Shown here: positions 24,501 to 37,949 of the stretch, piece after piece
Layout: each line of letters opens with the position of its first letter
How positions within the stretch are numbered: the stretch's first letter is position 1
NCBI GenBank assembly: GCA_973895155.1
Contig: OZ316898.1
Location: 3,720,480-3,784,479 of the forward strand
Origin: Marsupella aquatica
Taxonomy: Eukaryota > Plantae > Marchantiophyta
Direction: 5' to 3'
DNA length: 64,000 bases
The notes under the pieces: generated by a model
Database searches by the model: none
Told to the model about the DNA's origin: nothing
Seen by the model: the letters and a program-made list of their open reading frames with translations, nothing else
Made by a program: the position numbers and the translations under genes

Positions 24501-26079
24501 CTTCTAAGGTGGTCAAGAAAGCTGATTTTGGATGTTAAGGGAGCTGTTGAAAGTCAAAAGGTAGTGTTACAAAATTTTGTTGGACGTTAGAATGAGTGAA
24601 GGTGAAAATGGTTCACTGGCTCCTAACATATAATTATGAAGCGATTGAACGAAAAATAAAGTTGCAGGCAGAAAAGAGAGGGAAAGTTCGAGCATCGGCG
24701 TGTACAGTCCTTTATTATCGTATCGTATCGAATCTTATAACGAGTGTTCATTTTTGCACTTTTCAAGCATCTGGGAAAGTGGTTTTCTGACGTTTCCTCG
24801 AGGAATTCTTCACGGTTTGGAATCTACCGTTGGTCTACCAGTACACGGTTTATTTATTGCTATGTTCTCTGTGTGAAAGCTAGGAAAAATCTTGACCTGA
24901 TTTTCTAATCAATCAAAAATTGTTTTTTTAGGTAAATGTCTATTAAGCATAAAACAATCTGAAATAAAGAGATATCCAGATTAGAAATATGAGGACTTGT
25001 CGGACAAATAGGAAGATTTGGGACGACAAATGACATATGTCATCCCGGTCAATCCCGCCGGGTGACAGGGTCGGGCCGGGAGAACTTAGAGCCGGGCTGG
25101 GAGCAGGGTCGGGAGGTTGGCCGGGTCGGGCCAGGAGATTGGCCGGGGGGGGGGTGGGATGGGTTGGGCCGGCCGGGAGTTGGTTAGGGAGAGCCGGGCC
25201 GGGAGGGAGAGTCAGGGGTGGGAGACTAGGGCGGAGAGAACCTTGCAAGGGAGCTAGGGAAGCATTGAAATAAGCTTGTCTCAAATTGACTATTTTATTC
25301 CATGTTCAAAATGTGTTCACTGCTAGTGTGCAGATTGCTTCCCCATACTTGCACTTTAAAATATGAAATTATAAGATGCACAATGAGTAACACTCAATGA
25401 TTTAAGCGGAATAAATGGATTTAATATGGTATGGAATGAGATTGTATTCTAAACTATAATAGAATTAATGTCCACTTTTTATGCAGTGGTGGTCATCAAA
25501 ATTTGGAGTGGCTTTTTGGGTGAAACACAGAAAATGCAAAAAGTGGAAGGAATAATGAACAGTGATTTATATTTGGTGTGAATGAAAAAGTGAATGCACC
25601 CTTCTCCAAACTAGAAGGAAAAAGACAAAGTCTTCTCTTTACCATCCATGTATACAAATTAAGTGCTCTTCCCTCTACTATCCACGTTATACCATGCTCC
25701 TCCCTCTACCATCCATGCTAACTCTTCACTCCTTATATAATTCATTCTATCATCCATGCAATACCATGCTCCTCTATCTACCATCCATGTTATATCATCT
25801 ATGCATACAGGTGCTACATAATGATAGTAGTTTAATTGCAAATACTACATAGTCAATATCAAGTAGGGCATAATCTAATCAATGAGAGGAAAAGGAGACC
25901 AAAAAGTAACAGAGGGAACCAGAAGGATGGGAGGGGGGGGGGGGGGGCGAGGGGGGTTGGTTTGGGGTGGGTTGTTAAGCTTTGAAAGGAAGAAAATGAT
26001 AAAAACAAAGAAAAAAACCATTCTCGCTTTGTTATACTTTGGTGATTGATGTCGCCTCTCTTTTGAGTCATGATATTTT

Positions 26080-26600
26080 TTACTCAACGACATTTTTTAT
26101 GCACGGAGATCTTTCTAACATAAATATTCTTTTACTCAAGCTATCTTTTGCAACATGATGATTTTTCTCAATTACATCTTTGGCACAACGTCATCTATTA
26201 CGCATTGACATCTTTCAACAAACCATATCTTTTAATAAATCACATGTTTTGCACAATGATATCTTTTGCTTAATGACATATTTTTAGCAACCACATATTT
26301 TACTTGACAACATCTTTTGCGCAGCGTGTCTTTTACTTAAAAACATCTTTTACTTAATGACATCTTTTACCTAACAACATCTTTTACTGACGATATCATT
26401 TGTGCAACAAGATCTTTTATTTAATGATACCTTTTGAGCAACCACATATTTACTTAATGACTTCTTTTACTTAATGATATCTTTTTTGCAGTGACATCTT
26501 TTGGATAATCACATATCTTAGTTAACAACATCGTTTGTGTAACAAGATCTTTTACTTAAGTACATGTTTAACTCAACGACGTGTTTAGGCAACAACATGT
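26080..26600. repeat. Degenerate ~17-bp minisatellite (CATCTTTTACTTAATGA-like)
   Basis: Many variants of ACATCTTTT(A/G)C(T/A)(T/C)AA(T/C)GA in tandem. Confidence 0.7.
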
Positions 26601-27996
26601 AGTGTGCAAGGCAAGGGGATTAACTCGTATGGCATATTCTCACATTTTGATCTACAATTAATCTAGAGCCGTAGAGGTCCTCTGCAGGTTGTGCGAGCTA
26701 ACTTCCACTATAACACCATTACAGTATCGTCATTATGACAGTGTCAGCCGGGTACGCATGACCACGCGTATGCAGCACTACCATAGCTGTAGTCAGCAGA
26801 GAAGAGTCGAAGACCTATCTAGTCACAATAGTGTGGGCGTTTGCCAGCGCTGACTCCTGACACGTTACCGTAGCTTACTGTGTTTTCCTCCTCATCCGGG
26901 ACAATGCAACGTCAGTCTCTCATTCTCCGACATCTGATGGGCCAGTCACTGACCATATCGAAGAAAATGGTAGCTCTGACCTCTTCTGCTATGTCAGCGT
27001 GGTGTACGCAGCAGTTTATTACAGTCGCCATCTTACATCGCATTTCTTGACCTGAAATACTTTCGAGTGGCTATGAGAAACCCCTTTAAGGAGGCAAATT
27101 GCAGACCGTAGTCTTCAGTGGCAGGAACTAAGAACTTGACAACAAGGATATGTGATCCATGCAATGAGAAGCAGCTACTACTGTATCGATTTAGTGAAGA
27201 GAGTAGTTCGAGGTTATAATTCAGATTAGCATACAGGCTGTAGATATGCAGGAATAGACCAAAGAGATGATATCCTACTAGAAGAATTTCTCGAGAGGAG
27301 AGTTGTCGGAACTACTGAATTGAGAGCTAGAAAAAGGGGCTTTGCGGTCTTCTGTGAGCTTTCTATAGCACCATAGTCACATCTTCCATCAGTCATGTTG
27401 ATTGAAGCAACATGCCTCAACCTTTTCTTCCTGTTGCTGGAAGATTTATATAATGTGGACCTTATCTTGAATGTTGATAATGTTGTAATATGAGATGAGT
27501 TGGGTCAATGAAAAGCGCAATGTGAGGTTTTTGTGTTGCTCAATCAATTACTGGTTAGTTACATAAATGTTAAACGTACTCTACATTTTGATCTCAATTA
27601 TAACCAGCTTTTGGATACTTTGTTAAGTGTTTTGTTTATTCACTTCTAGGAGTAACGAGTTTAGCAATTAATGGTGGCCTATAGCTCAGTGAACATAGAC
27701 CTGAAACAGTACGGCTGAAAATTTTGTAAGGTTTGAACCAGAGACCTGTCTTGGCCCACTCTCACGGTCTATCACCGGCCCCTGGTCTGGTGATGGTCCT
27801 TCCACTTATTTAGCTTAATCCTGCAGGCATCAACCCTGCACAGATTAATTTTTGTTTGTTATGAAGTCTTCTCATCTTGTCTTTGTGTGCGCTCACTTAA
27901 AAGCAAATGTAGCCAAGGGCCAATACAGAGTCACAGAAACAGAGTGTCCTCCGACAAAGGTTGCTTTGGAGTGTTTTGTCCACATGAAGATACTAA

Positions 27997-28554
27997 GGGT
28001 GGCTTTACAAGATGTTGGGGGCAGTTTCCACATTTTTTTGGTGTCCAAGATCGGATCAAGGCCATCCATTTGAGAGAAATTGCTGCTGTTCACTTTACAA
28101 AACCTAGGGGGCACTTTCAACCGAACCTGTTACCAATCCTACATGGAATGCAGTGGAGCCCAATTTTTGCTTATGTGGAGCACTCTTTTGTCCTAGATTT
28201 TAGACCACCTCTCTTGGTGGTCTCTTCTTCTGGCCGCTTGGTCCATTTCTATTTTAAGTCATTTGTAATAAAAAGGGACCCACAAGTCCTTCATAAGATA
28301 TTCTCTTCTCACATTTACAAAGACTTTAGTCAAAGATTACGTGACATTCAGGTGGAGTGGGTCCTCAATCTGTCTTTTAGTCAATTAATCTGGCACCATT
28401 GGCTGCACTTGGCTTTACAAGATCTTGGGGGCAATAGAAGGTTTCAAAAAATGCTTTTAGCCCTGGGACACTCTATTTAGTGTGTGCAATGGCCCTCCAG
28501 TTTGCTTTGGTAAAAAAAACTCCCAAGTGCCCCCCACGTCTTGTAAAGTCCTCC
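27997..28554. mobile_element. Tourist-like (Harbinger-derived) MITE
   Basis: Left end GGGTGGCTTTACAAGATGTTGGGGGCA versus reverse complement of the right end GGAGGACTTTACAAGACGTGGGGGGCA. TAA flanks at 27994-27996 and 28555-28557. Extra internal copies of the TIR motif at ~28093 and ~28411. Confidence 0.75.
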
Positions 28555-30041
28555 TAATAAGATCGCTGAACAGTCTTGCAATATAAAAGGAGGACATACA
28601 TTGGTTCTTTTGGCTGTGTGATATATATAAGAAACAGATCGATGTGTACAGAAATCTGAAACCCTTTCAACACAAAAAACAAAGAAACCTCAAACAGAAA
28701 TAAAGATCAGCTCTGACCGGTTTTGGACATTGTGAAGTGTTAAAAAGCATTCTGCTGTCCAAATTCTCTTCACTTCTGGGCCATTCATTCGGTATTCATA
28801 CTTCTACCGTTTCTTTTACCCACTTCTACCCTAGTTTTGACTACTGTACTGAGTAAAATTATTTTGAGGTTGGTGCCCTGGGAGAAAACAAAACTTTGTC
28901 CAAATCAAGATCTCTAAGCACACCAGAAACTCCTAGGTCTTAAATACAAAAGAGGACAGAAAACTGAGAGGAAACCAGCTGGCGACAAGGCCCTAGCAAA
29001 GCTGAAAGCAGACAAGTTCTCCCCGGGCTCCATGTCCTGGTTAGATTCAGTTAGGGCTCAGGACATTGTCCCATTTAGTTGCCTGACACAGTAAGAATAT
29101 GTTTTGAGGTTAATATTGAGAAGTCAAGTTTAAAACCTTTCCTGCCTTCCAAATTTTCAATTAGAGCACATAAGTGAAATTGAGTACACAGAATAGGTTA
29201 AGGTTGTGCCAGCTCCGCAAAGGAGGAAAGAAGTCATACGAAATAGGTTGGCATTGGAAACGACAGGGGGGGGGGGGGGGGGTAACCCATCGTTCAGAGG
29301 AGCCTATGGCCTGTGGCTAGGGTGATTATTACCCTAGGGGATTACAGCCCAGGATCTCCTCCTAGGGAATTTGTTACCAAGCGTAAACCCCTTACCAATT
29401 TACTCTAAAGGATTTGGAGTCCAAAATTCCAACTTTTCCCCTGCAAGGTTACGTCGGATACCCTCCACGAAAGTACAAAGGGATAATTAGAGAGAGTTTT
29501 ATCTTATTTTTTAAAAACATTTGATACAGCTTGAACCCCAAGGCTGGGGGAACCCTGCAGGCCAAAAGGGGAAAGAGCCACAAAGGGCTAAGAAAACAAG
29601 AGAAAGCCTTCAAATGAAAGTGTGGGAACACACAAAAACAAGGAGATAACCGGGACCTACCAAAAGTCATCCCCATCACAAGGCAAGCGGTACCAAAAAG
29701 CAAGACCAAGTTCACCACCAAAGACACAGAATGGGAGCAGAGGCGTTCCCCTCAAAATTAGAGAGAGTTGAAATTCTCACTGCCATCTATGGTGATGTTT
29801 TTGGGGTTTGACGGTGATTATCATCCCAACACCTTTTTGGTTGTGTTCCTTGAAGGAAAAAAAAACTCGCCTTTTCTACAATAAAAGATTGGGGGAAAAG
29901 AATGGGAAACCATGGTGAGGTAGACGAACCAGGTACGACGGCAGCTGTTAGAGAGTCCAATGAGCAACCTGCCTAGAGAGTAAGAGTAAATGCGGCGCAC
30001 AGACCTCCCAAGCAGGGTGGAGAATGAATGTGAGCTGTGGG

Positions 30042-30316
30042 GGTAGAGGTCATTTCTAAGGTTTTCTCTTTTTGGCCAAGCTGGCCAAATGTCCACTTTA
30101 TGTGAATGATGAAGATGCGCAGCATATTTTTAATCTAGTTTTACTATTAATTTCTGACCTTTGGATCTCCATGTCCTGTCGAGGTAGAGGTAATTCTAAG
30201 GTTTTCTCTTTTGGCCAAGCTGGCCAATGTCCCCTTTATGTGAATGATGAAGATGCTCAACATATTTTTTTAATCTAATTTTACTATTAATTTCTGACCT
30301 TTGGATTTCCATGTCG
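30042..30316. repeat. Tandem duplication, ~140 bp x2
   Basis: GGTAGAGGT..TTCTAAGGTTTTCTCTTTTGGCCAAGCTGGCCAA...TTCTGACCTTTGGAT occurs twice. Confidence 0.85.
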
Positions 30317-31919
30317 CCAAGCTGGTGGGGGTCCGTTAAGCATATTCTTGAGAAACAGGTGGCAGAATGGAAGGCAGAATGGACGACATGTGAGAGTGTG
30401 ATATCAAGCTTTAAAAAAACATGGTGATTTCAATCTATATTACTTAGTTATTTACTCCTCTTCGCGTGCTGCGAGCACGTTTTGTCTCTTTGGAGACTCT
30501 GGAAGCCTCTCCTTCCTTTCTTTGCGAGGGAGAGGAATTCCTCCGTTTCATTGAAGGATAGGTGATAAACACTAGAAGCCTGTCATTTCTTTCCCACGGG
30601 AACGACTTTTGTACGTGTCAAAGGATAGGTGGAATGGGGCATGAGATTTCTTCATTGTTATATTTGAATTAAATTAATATGCTATAAGACTTTTTTATTA
30701 ATCTCCGAAAGGAAGGATTGAGAAAAGTGCCACGTTAACGACGGCTGGAGGTTTATGTGGATGCGGTTGGTATGTGGATAGATGGACAGGTGGTTTACTT
30801 CGTACTTTAGATGCGCGTTCTCGAGAACGTCATGGCTAGAGTACACTATTGTTTCAGTATTCGCTTGGACGTTGGGGGGAAAGTGAGTGTTTATTTATCC
30901 TGTGTTCTAAATATGGTTTAATTTAATTAATAAATTTTCACTTTGCACAGGCATCGCTATCCAAACTTTTGAACTCCAGTTGAACCTCAAAATATTCTTA
31001 GTATGACAGGAAAGTGTTTTATTCTAAAAATACATGTCATTAAAAGGTCTCCCTAGAGGGAGTTGCCCGAGGACTGCCTGCCTTGGGGCTTTCATTTTGG
31101 CAAGTTCCGACAGAGGATAACTTTAAACTTTGAGTCAGGACCAGACATTTCTAGATTTAGTGTCAAGCTCTAGAGATTATCTCAAACTCCCGACTTTTTG
31201 TTTTAGAATTTGTATCCTGTGTAGTTGGACAAATTATCTCAGTTTAGACTGTACTGTAGACTGTCAACTGGTACTGAGGGAATGAAAGTTAGATACGCCA
31301 GCTCTCAAGGGAACCCGTTCAGTTGGTCTGTTGGTGGCAAGGGTTGGGGAGAGTCCACGTCCCTCAAGTCTGAGTTTGTTTGCTTGTTTGTTGTCTTGTT
31401 GGGGTCTTCATAGACAACTAAACGAATTAGACAAGAGGCACTGGGAAAAAAGCCTCCAACTCTAGATTCCAGTGCAGACTTGGCTAGTGCTTCAACTCAT
31501 TTTAGCTTGTTTACTGCAAAACCTTTGCTGTGTCATAAAGGACTGGCCAACACAAGATGCCAAGCAGTTGTCTTTCAACTGTTATGGAATTGTAGTTTAG
31601 CTACTCTTAATTGGTAAGAGTGTGGCATTGGAGGGCTTGGTACAACTCTTGCTTATGCACCAGTACACAAGAGTTTTAAGATTGGTGACTACATCACCTA
31701 CTTGCAGACTACATTGAGCCCAAGAACTCAAAACGGGAATCAACCTCATGCAAAGAAGATAGTACCTGACTCTGAAGCATAACAGCCTTTGAGATCAGTA
31801 TTAATATAGCTACCTCTTTGTACAATATGACCACTCAGCAGTCACTGACTTGAGCTCATCTGAGAGCCAAGATGGTGCCTTGCTGATGGCTTGGTTACCT
31901 GTGGTGTCCTGTGGCACAA

Positions 31920-32102
31920 CACAATGTCACATGGAATAGTGTACAACCCAAAAATTGACAACAGCACAAAGATACACATGTTTCAGCTGAAGAGTCACTA
32001 TGCACAATCAGCACAATGTCACATGGAAGTAGTGTATAACCCAAAAATTGACAATGGCAGAAAGATACATGGTTCAGCCAAAGAGTCACTATGCACGATC
32101 AG
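31920..32102. repeat. Tandem duplication, ~92 bp x2
   Basis: CACAATGTCACATGGAA..AGTGTA.AACCCAAAAATTGACAA...AAGAGTCACTATGCAC occurs twice. Confidence 0.8.
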
Positions 32103-35100
32103 GGTACATCTGTCCCAACTTGGCCAGCTCAAAAACAAACTGCTCTATGACAAGTCCACTTCTCTCACTCTTAGTCTCTCACTAGAATTGATATCTAAGC
32201 ACGACCAGAATGAAATGCTCTCACAAGTGTATAATTCCTCTCCACGAATCCAACCTAAGTAACCCATAACTATGGTTAAGTTACAGTCTAGATAACCTAA
32301 CCAGGTGCTAGGGCTAAGTACTAACACCTTTGACAGTTTCTGCTTTGGTTCATTGGGCTTGTTTACCTTGGCCTCTTTTGTGGGTGCTTGTTTTCGGGGC
32401 TCCTTGCCAGGTATGACAAACATTAAGCATTTTATGTGTTTGCCTAACATCCTGTAGCTTACTCTTCGCTGCGTGATGGTCTATTTACAAGACAATATAG
32501 TAAGAAATAGGACAAAAACCCAGCAGCTTTATTCCTTCCCATGCACAAACGACAGTTTCTTCGTGATGGTGGAATGGTTGCAATTGTATAAGTTCGACTT
32601 ATTCAGAAAGTCCTCTACTTAACGTGTTTTGATTCCGCTCACGTACACACTTGTCACTTGGACAAACAAAAGGGGGACGTGGTCTTATGAGAACTCAGCA
32701 ATCCAAGATTCAATGTCATGTAGGGTGATGTGGCCTTTTGAGAATTCAGTAGTTCTGGATTTAAGATCCTGTACGGTGATGTTGCGTGGTGATAATGACC
32801 AATTTTCAACTTAAAGTCATGAAGACCTTTGAACAATGAAACCGAAGCTCAGATAAAATTTGACAAGACGCTCCAATAGATTGTTGTGACGTGCACGAAT
32901 TGTTCTGAAACATTATTTGTACTCAGACAACCTTTTTATTTGGTATTAATGCTCACCTTTTTGTCTGTCAAAAAGTTAGTACTTACGTACGTCAAAGTAG
33001 TAAAATCAAACATTGTGATCCATTTGTGCATTGCTTTTCAATTTGGTATCAAAATTTTGGCGAACAAACATTCTTCATGAATTGCTCTAACGTAGAAAAA
33101 TTTGGATGGGATTGCCATCTCAGTAGGATTTCTAAACTTACATAGGAAACGTGATTGTATTAACTTCAAGCCCTTCCCAAAATTTAGTTTATAGATTGGA
33201 AGCTCTTTTATCAGGAGCAAGTATTGAGAGAGAATAGGACAGACAGTAGAATCGATCCACTGCAGAGAGAATGAATACAGTCCACAACAATCTCTGCCAA
33301 GGCCAAGGCCTACCTTTTTGGATTCGGTTGGTGGTTGGATCATGCATGATACGGGTTTAAAGGGGCAGACTTTACACTAAGTGGACAAAGTAGACTACAA
33401 GACAACACAATACCATCGACTGAATGGAAGGAGAGCACAGCATAGCAAAACCAAATCATTGCAAACAAAGCACGAAGCACAAAGCAAAATGGAAGGCATG
33501 GAAGCAAACAACCAATATGGGCAGACAAGTACCCAAACGAAGCAGCCGTTTAATTTCTGAGTCTGGGAAAGAGTAAAGGTGGCGACTACTCCCAGGCCCC
33601 GGGAGGTATTTTCAGTTATGTGTGTCTGACATAATTATGTCTATGAACATTGGATTTTTCCGTGTTCGGAGGGAACTTGTAAACCTGGCAATTAGGGAGG
33701 ATGGACCTCCACTTTGTCTATGAGGCCCAAATGGACTGGAGTTGCTCTGAACATTTAAATTGGAAAAGATAACACTCTCTTTACACTTTTGACTGACCAG
33801 AAAGTAATTTACAATAAATCAGATTCATGAAAATATTTCTAATTATTATTGTTTTTTTAATTCAAGAGGGCTTAATCGCAGAAACATCTCTTCTTAAGTC
33901 AAGTCACGCTTTGCCAGAAAACAGTGCCGAAAAACCCAAAGCTGACTGAGTTGTGCCGTTCTTGACTATCGTAAGGTTATGAGTAGAATTCCATTTGCCC
34001 CTTTCTCCACCACCTTACCCTCGTTCTTGCCAAAGGGCGTCGCCATGGAAATGCGCTACTGCTGCAGCAGGACTTCCATTGTCGTTTCCACACAGAGCCT
34101 TCACGGGTTGAAGACCTACACTCGTTACAGTAGATTCTGCAGCTGTAGCATTTTTACTACATTCTGCTTCCTATTCCCATTGCAGGAGTCTCCATGTCTT
34201 GGTTTACTTCCCTTTGTCGGAGGTTACTGGGGCACACAACTGTTTCTTTTGCCTCTGTTCTGCTCAGTAAAAGCGTCATCATTCCAATGGTGAGTAGACG
34301 AGTCTGTCAACAACAAGCTGGGTAACCGATAGTATCCATCTCACGTATAATCCATTGCTGTATACAAAAAATCATGTCATACTCTAGTGAATTTTTGGGT
34401 ATGGATGTCATCTCATCTCATTAGTTCATCATATGGGATGATTATTGCTTGGAAATCACATTTGCTGATTTGCACAATCGCTATTGAAAGCTACTTTTAA
34501 GCTATTGAAAGCTACTTTTAAGAGCATATAATCTCATGTGAAATCTCTAGTCAGTGACTCTGGTGGCATATGTGAAGTTGGGGTGCCAAAGGAGTACACA
34601 GGATGAGGGTGAGTTTCTGAAATGGCTTACAGGTTTGAATGGGCTCACCTCTATTTACGGACCCCACTAGAGGTCCCTTCCAAAATTTGAGACTCCACAA
34701 CGCATCACGTCATCAAGACGCGCTGCAAACAGGTACGGATTGGTTTACAAAATAAAATTGCTTTAACATTTGTGTCTGTGGCATGATTTTGGTAAAATTG
34801 AAGACGCCATGCCGTAAACCTTGATATAAATATGCTTGAAAAATAACTGTTTTATTTACCCTAGGTAACAAACTGTTCAATTAGTAGGAGGCCCACCTTC
34901 CATTTTTTTACCCTGAGTAACCGCTGCCCACCTGCATTCTGAATTGTGTTTCAGTTGAATAATAACTAAATCTATCTCGGCAAGTTGATCTGATGACAAA
35001 GTAATTGTGACAATTTTCTCGACCTTCTGCTGCCACGAAAGAAGAAGTGGACATGATTCTATGTTGGATCACTCAGCACTCTTTTCCATGATGTCATCAT

Positions 35101-35216
35101 TGCACTTCCTAACTCGGTGATGCCTCTCGCTACTATTAGATTGTCCAACGCATGAGGCACGAGTGAACGAAAGAGAAGCAAGCTTAGCAGGGTTCAATAA
35201 GGGCCTCGTCTACGTG

Positions 35217-35354
35217 CAGATGGTGTTGAAGAGCCTGGGCATGAAAGAAGGACATAGTTATAAGAAGTGTCAGCAGATGATCAAGGGAGTCGATGCGGAC
35301 AGTAATGGGAAGGTGGACTTTCAGGAGTTGATGTCGTCTGAAGCTTTCCGTTAA
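35217..35354 (+). pseudogene. Calmodulin-like (CML) C-terminal fragment with one EF-hand
   Basis: QMVLKSLGMKEGHSYKKCQQMIKGVDADSNGKVDFQELM contains the canonical EF loop D-x-D-x-N-G-x-V-D-x-x-E. It is preceded by the VL.SLG.K.G....C..MI..VD linker typical of plant CML3/5-like proteins. No N-terminal EF-hands are visible. Confidence 0.75.
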
Positions 35355-36803
35355 TAGGGGGTCCACGAACTAATTTACATTTAAACAACGGGCACTTGTA
35401 CTATGGTTCATATTTTTCAAGAACTCAGAAAAAATATTTCTAAGGATGTGAGGGTGCTACTATAGGAAGTGAGAGGGAGAGTCTACAGTGTGGTAGGTCT
35501 ACTATTCACCTAGACAAATGAATACTGGCCGGTTATAGTGGCAGCTGTAAGTTAACAGAACAGCTTCACAAACGAGAAGAACCTGGGGCATGGCAGCGCC
35601 CTCAATGTCGATTGCACGCGCTCCTGGGGAGGAAACAGTAAGTAAACAGGAGGAGAGAGGATTGGGAGATTTGGCGAGCAACACGAAGAGTAGATCAAGA
35701 GATCTGCAGAGTGAACGAACAGTGAAGGTGACTAGGCGGAGGCAGGGGTAGCCTGGGAGATGATGAGGAGATCTCACCAGGACCCACATTGGCGCAGCGT
35801 ATCTATACAGCCCATCCGTCCCCTCGCCCCCTTTCCTCGTCTCTTCGCCCTCCTCCTCTAAAAGGCATGTGCTATAATACTGTTGCAAAGGCCTGAGCGA
35901 TGTGAGGACAATCGGAGAATCCACGATCGGCCGAACAAAACAGGACACTGAGTGGGAAAGCAAGGGCAAGACTAGAAGAGTGGAAGCTCCCGAAAGCGAG
36001 GGGAGACGAGTTGAGTTGAGAGCGAGTGACATAAAGAGAGAACACAGAACAGCGTAAAGCAGTTCTACACGCGCCTGGGTGGACCCACCATATCTTCGAA
36101 GGATTCCTTATGAGGATTTACAGTGTACCGTGTTCTTATTTCCGTCGTCATGGCTCATGGCCTCCTGGCTCATACAAAAGCCCAACATTGGCATTAGCCA
36201 AAGCAGACCAAGTAGTGTCTCCACAGCAGCCATTTCTCCTCCCTCCACTTCTCCCTCTTCCTCTCCTCCTCCTCCTCCTCTCTTCTCTGTTCCCTCTACA
36301 TGTGTAGTGGAGATAGATACATAGATCTGTCCCGCCTTCTCCCCTTTGCGACTTACTACAATCTGCGAGCTCACACGCGCGCACGAGTGGCAAGCCGGGG
36401 CCAGCACAGGAATGAACCACAACTACAACTACAACTACTCACTTTAATCCCGAGCAGCCAGAGTTGCTGCGTGCCTGGGCTTGTTTTGCCGGCAGGGTGT
36501 GAAAGTCAGAGTTTGAGAAAGAGAGGGAGAGGGAGAGAGAGGAGAGGAAATTGAGGTTGAATCTCGTGATTTTGTTGAGCTTCGCCAGTCAAAGAGCCAG
36601 TGACGTTTTAGATATCCACGGTGGTCGTCGAGGGTGTCGTAATCAAATTCGGTCTCTAGGTTTGCTTTTTGGTGCCAATCAATCCATTCCATTGCGTCCA
36701 TTGAGGGCTTTGATCGAGAGACAGGGGTTGCATTTGAGAGAAAGATAGATCGACGCATCCGCATTAGTAGAAGAGCACAAAAACTGATCAGTGGAGGGCA
36801 TCC

Positions 36804-37949
36804 ATGGTCGACAAAAAGAGAGAGAGGTCGCCCAACGCCGAGCACAAGCGGGGGGCGTCGCTTTTGGCACCGATCACACCGGAGGCAGCAGCAGGGGCGA
36901 GCAAGAAGAGCGCGAGGTACAGAGGAGTGCGAATGAGAGCCTGGGGCAAATGGGTTTCGGAGATCAGAGAGCCGAATAAGCGTTCCCGGATATGGCTGGG
37001 GTCGTTTCCCAACCCAAAGATGGCAGCTAGGGCCTATGACGCAGCACTCCTCTGCCTCAGAGGCCCCAATGCCATCTTCAACTTCCCAGGGGAATCTTCT
37101 ACTCTGATGCCAATTCTGTTGGCCACGGTTGAGGTGGAAATCCCCAATTTTGACAAGGGGGAGCGATTCAATCTGTCCCACAAGGACATCCAGGCTGTCG
37201 CAGCAGCTGCTGCAGCCGCTTTCTTCCCTGGCGAGGAACAGCCCTGCTCCTTCAAGGGTGGCGAGGAAGAAGACGAGGACCTTGACGATGAGGACCTTGA
37301 AGGCCACCTCCTCCCAGAAGCGCGCCGACTGCTCCGCAAAACCGATTCTGCTCTGGATGCAGGGTATGCGCACCATGACTGGGATTCATTCAATGCAAGC
37401 TCTTTTGATGACAATTGCTCTAATGGGGACGACTCCTCAGAATATGGTGGTGATGCGGGCAGTAATTGCGGGGGCTTTGAGAAGGTGCTCAATCTGCACC
37501 AGCAACGGCTCAAGCAGCAGCAAAAGAGGCAGAAGCTCGAGGACGAGTATCGGATCGGTGGGGCAAAGCAGCCCAAGGAGGAGGAGCAGCAGCAGGAGAC
37601 TCGATCAGGAGCAGAGGCTGTTGTCTTTCCAAAGCCCGCGCCGCTGGAGGACAATAGCAGGAACTGGAGGAGCTTCAATAGCAGCAACACAACAATAGCA
37701 GCAGCAGGAGTAGCCACTGGAGGGTTGCAAGTAACAGCAGCGGAGGAGCATCATCATCACGGGCTTCGCAGTCCAGGGTTCGCACAGGAAATGACTCTAG
37801 CAATGCTTCTGAGATGGGACCCCGCCCAGGAGGATTTTTCTCTGACGGGGTGGAATTTCTGCAACAATAGCAACAATGTCACTTGTGATGAAGTCGATGA
37901 CTCGCAGGTGGACATTCCTTGGGATCTCCCCCTCTGGAGCTTCCCTTGA
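36804..37949 (+). CDS. AP2/ERF transcription factor, DREB subfamily (A-4/A-5-like), intronless, 381 aa
   Basis: AP2 domain [57 protein letters not shown] with the DREB-type V14/E19 residues. Post-domain [14 protein letters not shown] motif, acidic and Gln-rich tracts, C-terminal LWSF. Confidence 0.96.
   Translation: MVDKKRERSPNAEHKRGASLLAPITPEAAAGASKKSARYRGVRMRAWGKWVSEIREPNKRSRIWLGSFPNPKMAARAYDAALLCLRGPNAIFNFPGESSTLMPILLATVEVEIPNFDKGERFNLSHKDIQAVAAAAAAAFFPGEEQPCSFKGGEEEDEDLDDEDLEGHLLPEARRLLRKTDSALDAGYAHHDWDSFNASSFDDNCSNGDDSSEYGGDAGSNCGGFEKVLNLHQQRLKQQQKRQKLEDEYRIGGAKQPKEEEQQQETRSGAEAVVFPKPAPLEDNSRNWRSFNSSNTTIAAAGVATGGLQVTAAEEHHHHGLRSPGFAQEMTLAMLLRWDPAQEDFSLTGWNFCNNSNNVTCDEVDDSQVDIPWDLPLWSFP

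Noticed and set aside
24943-25284. Pro-rich and Gly-rich ORFs
   Set aside because: Artefacts of the G-run island.
27887-28480. 197-aa ORF
   Set aside because: It runs across a Tourist-like MITE boundary and has no protein-like motifs.
36444-37717. Long antisense and alternative-frame ORFs (310, 227 and 189 aa) over the AP2/ERF gene
   Set aside because: Shadows of a GC-rich, low-complexity CDS with no recognisable domain.
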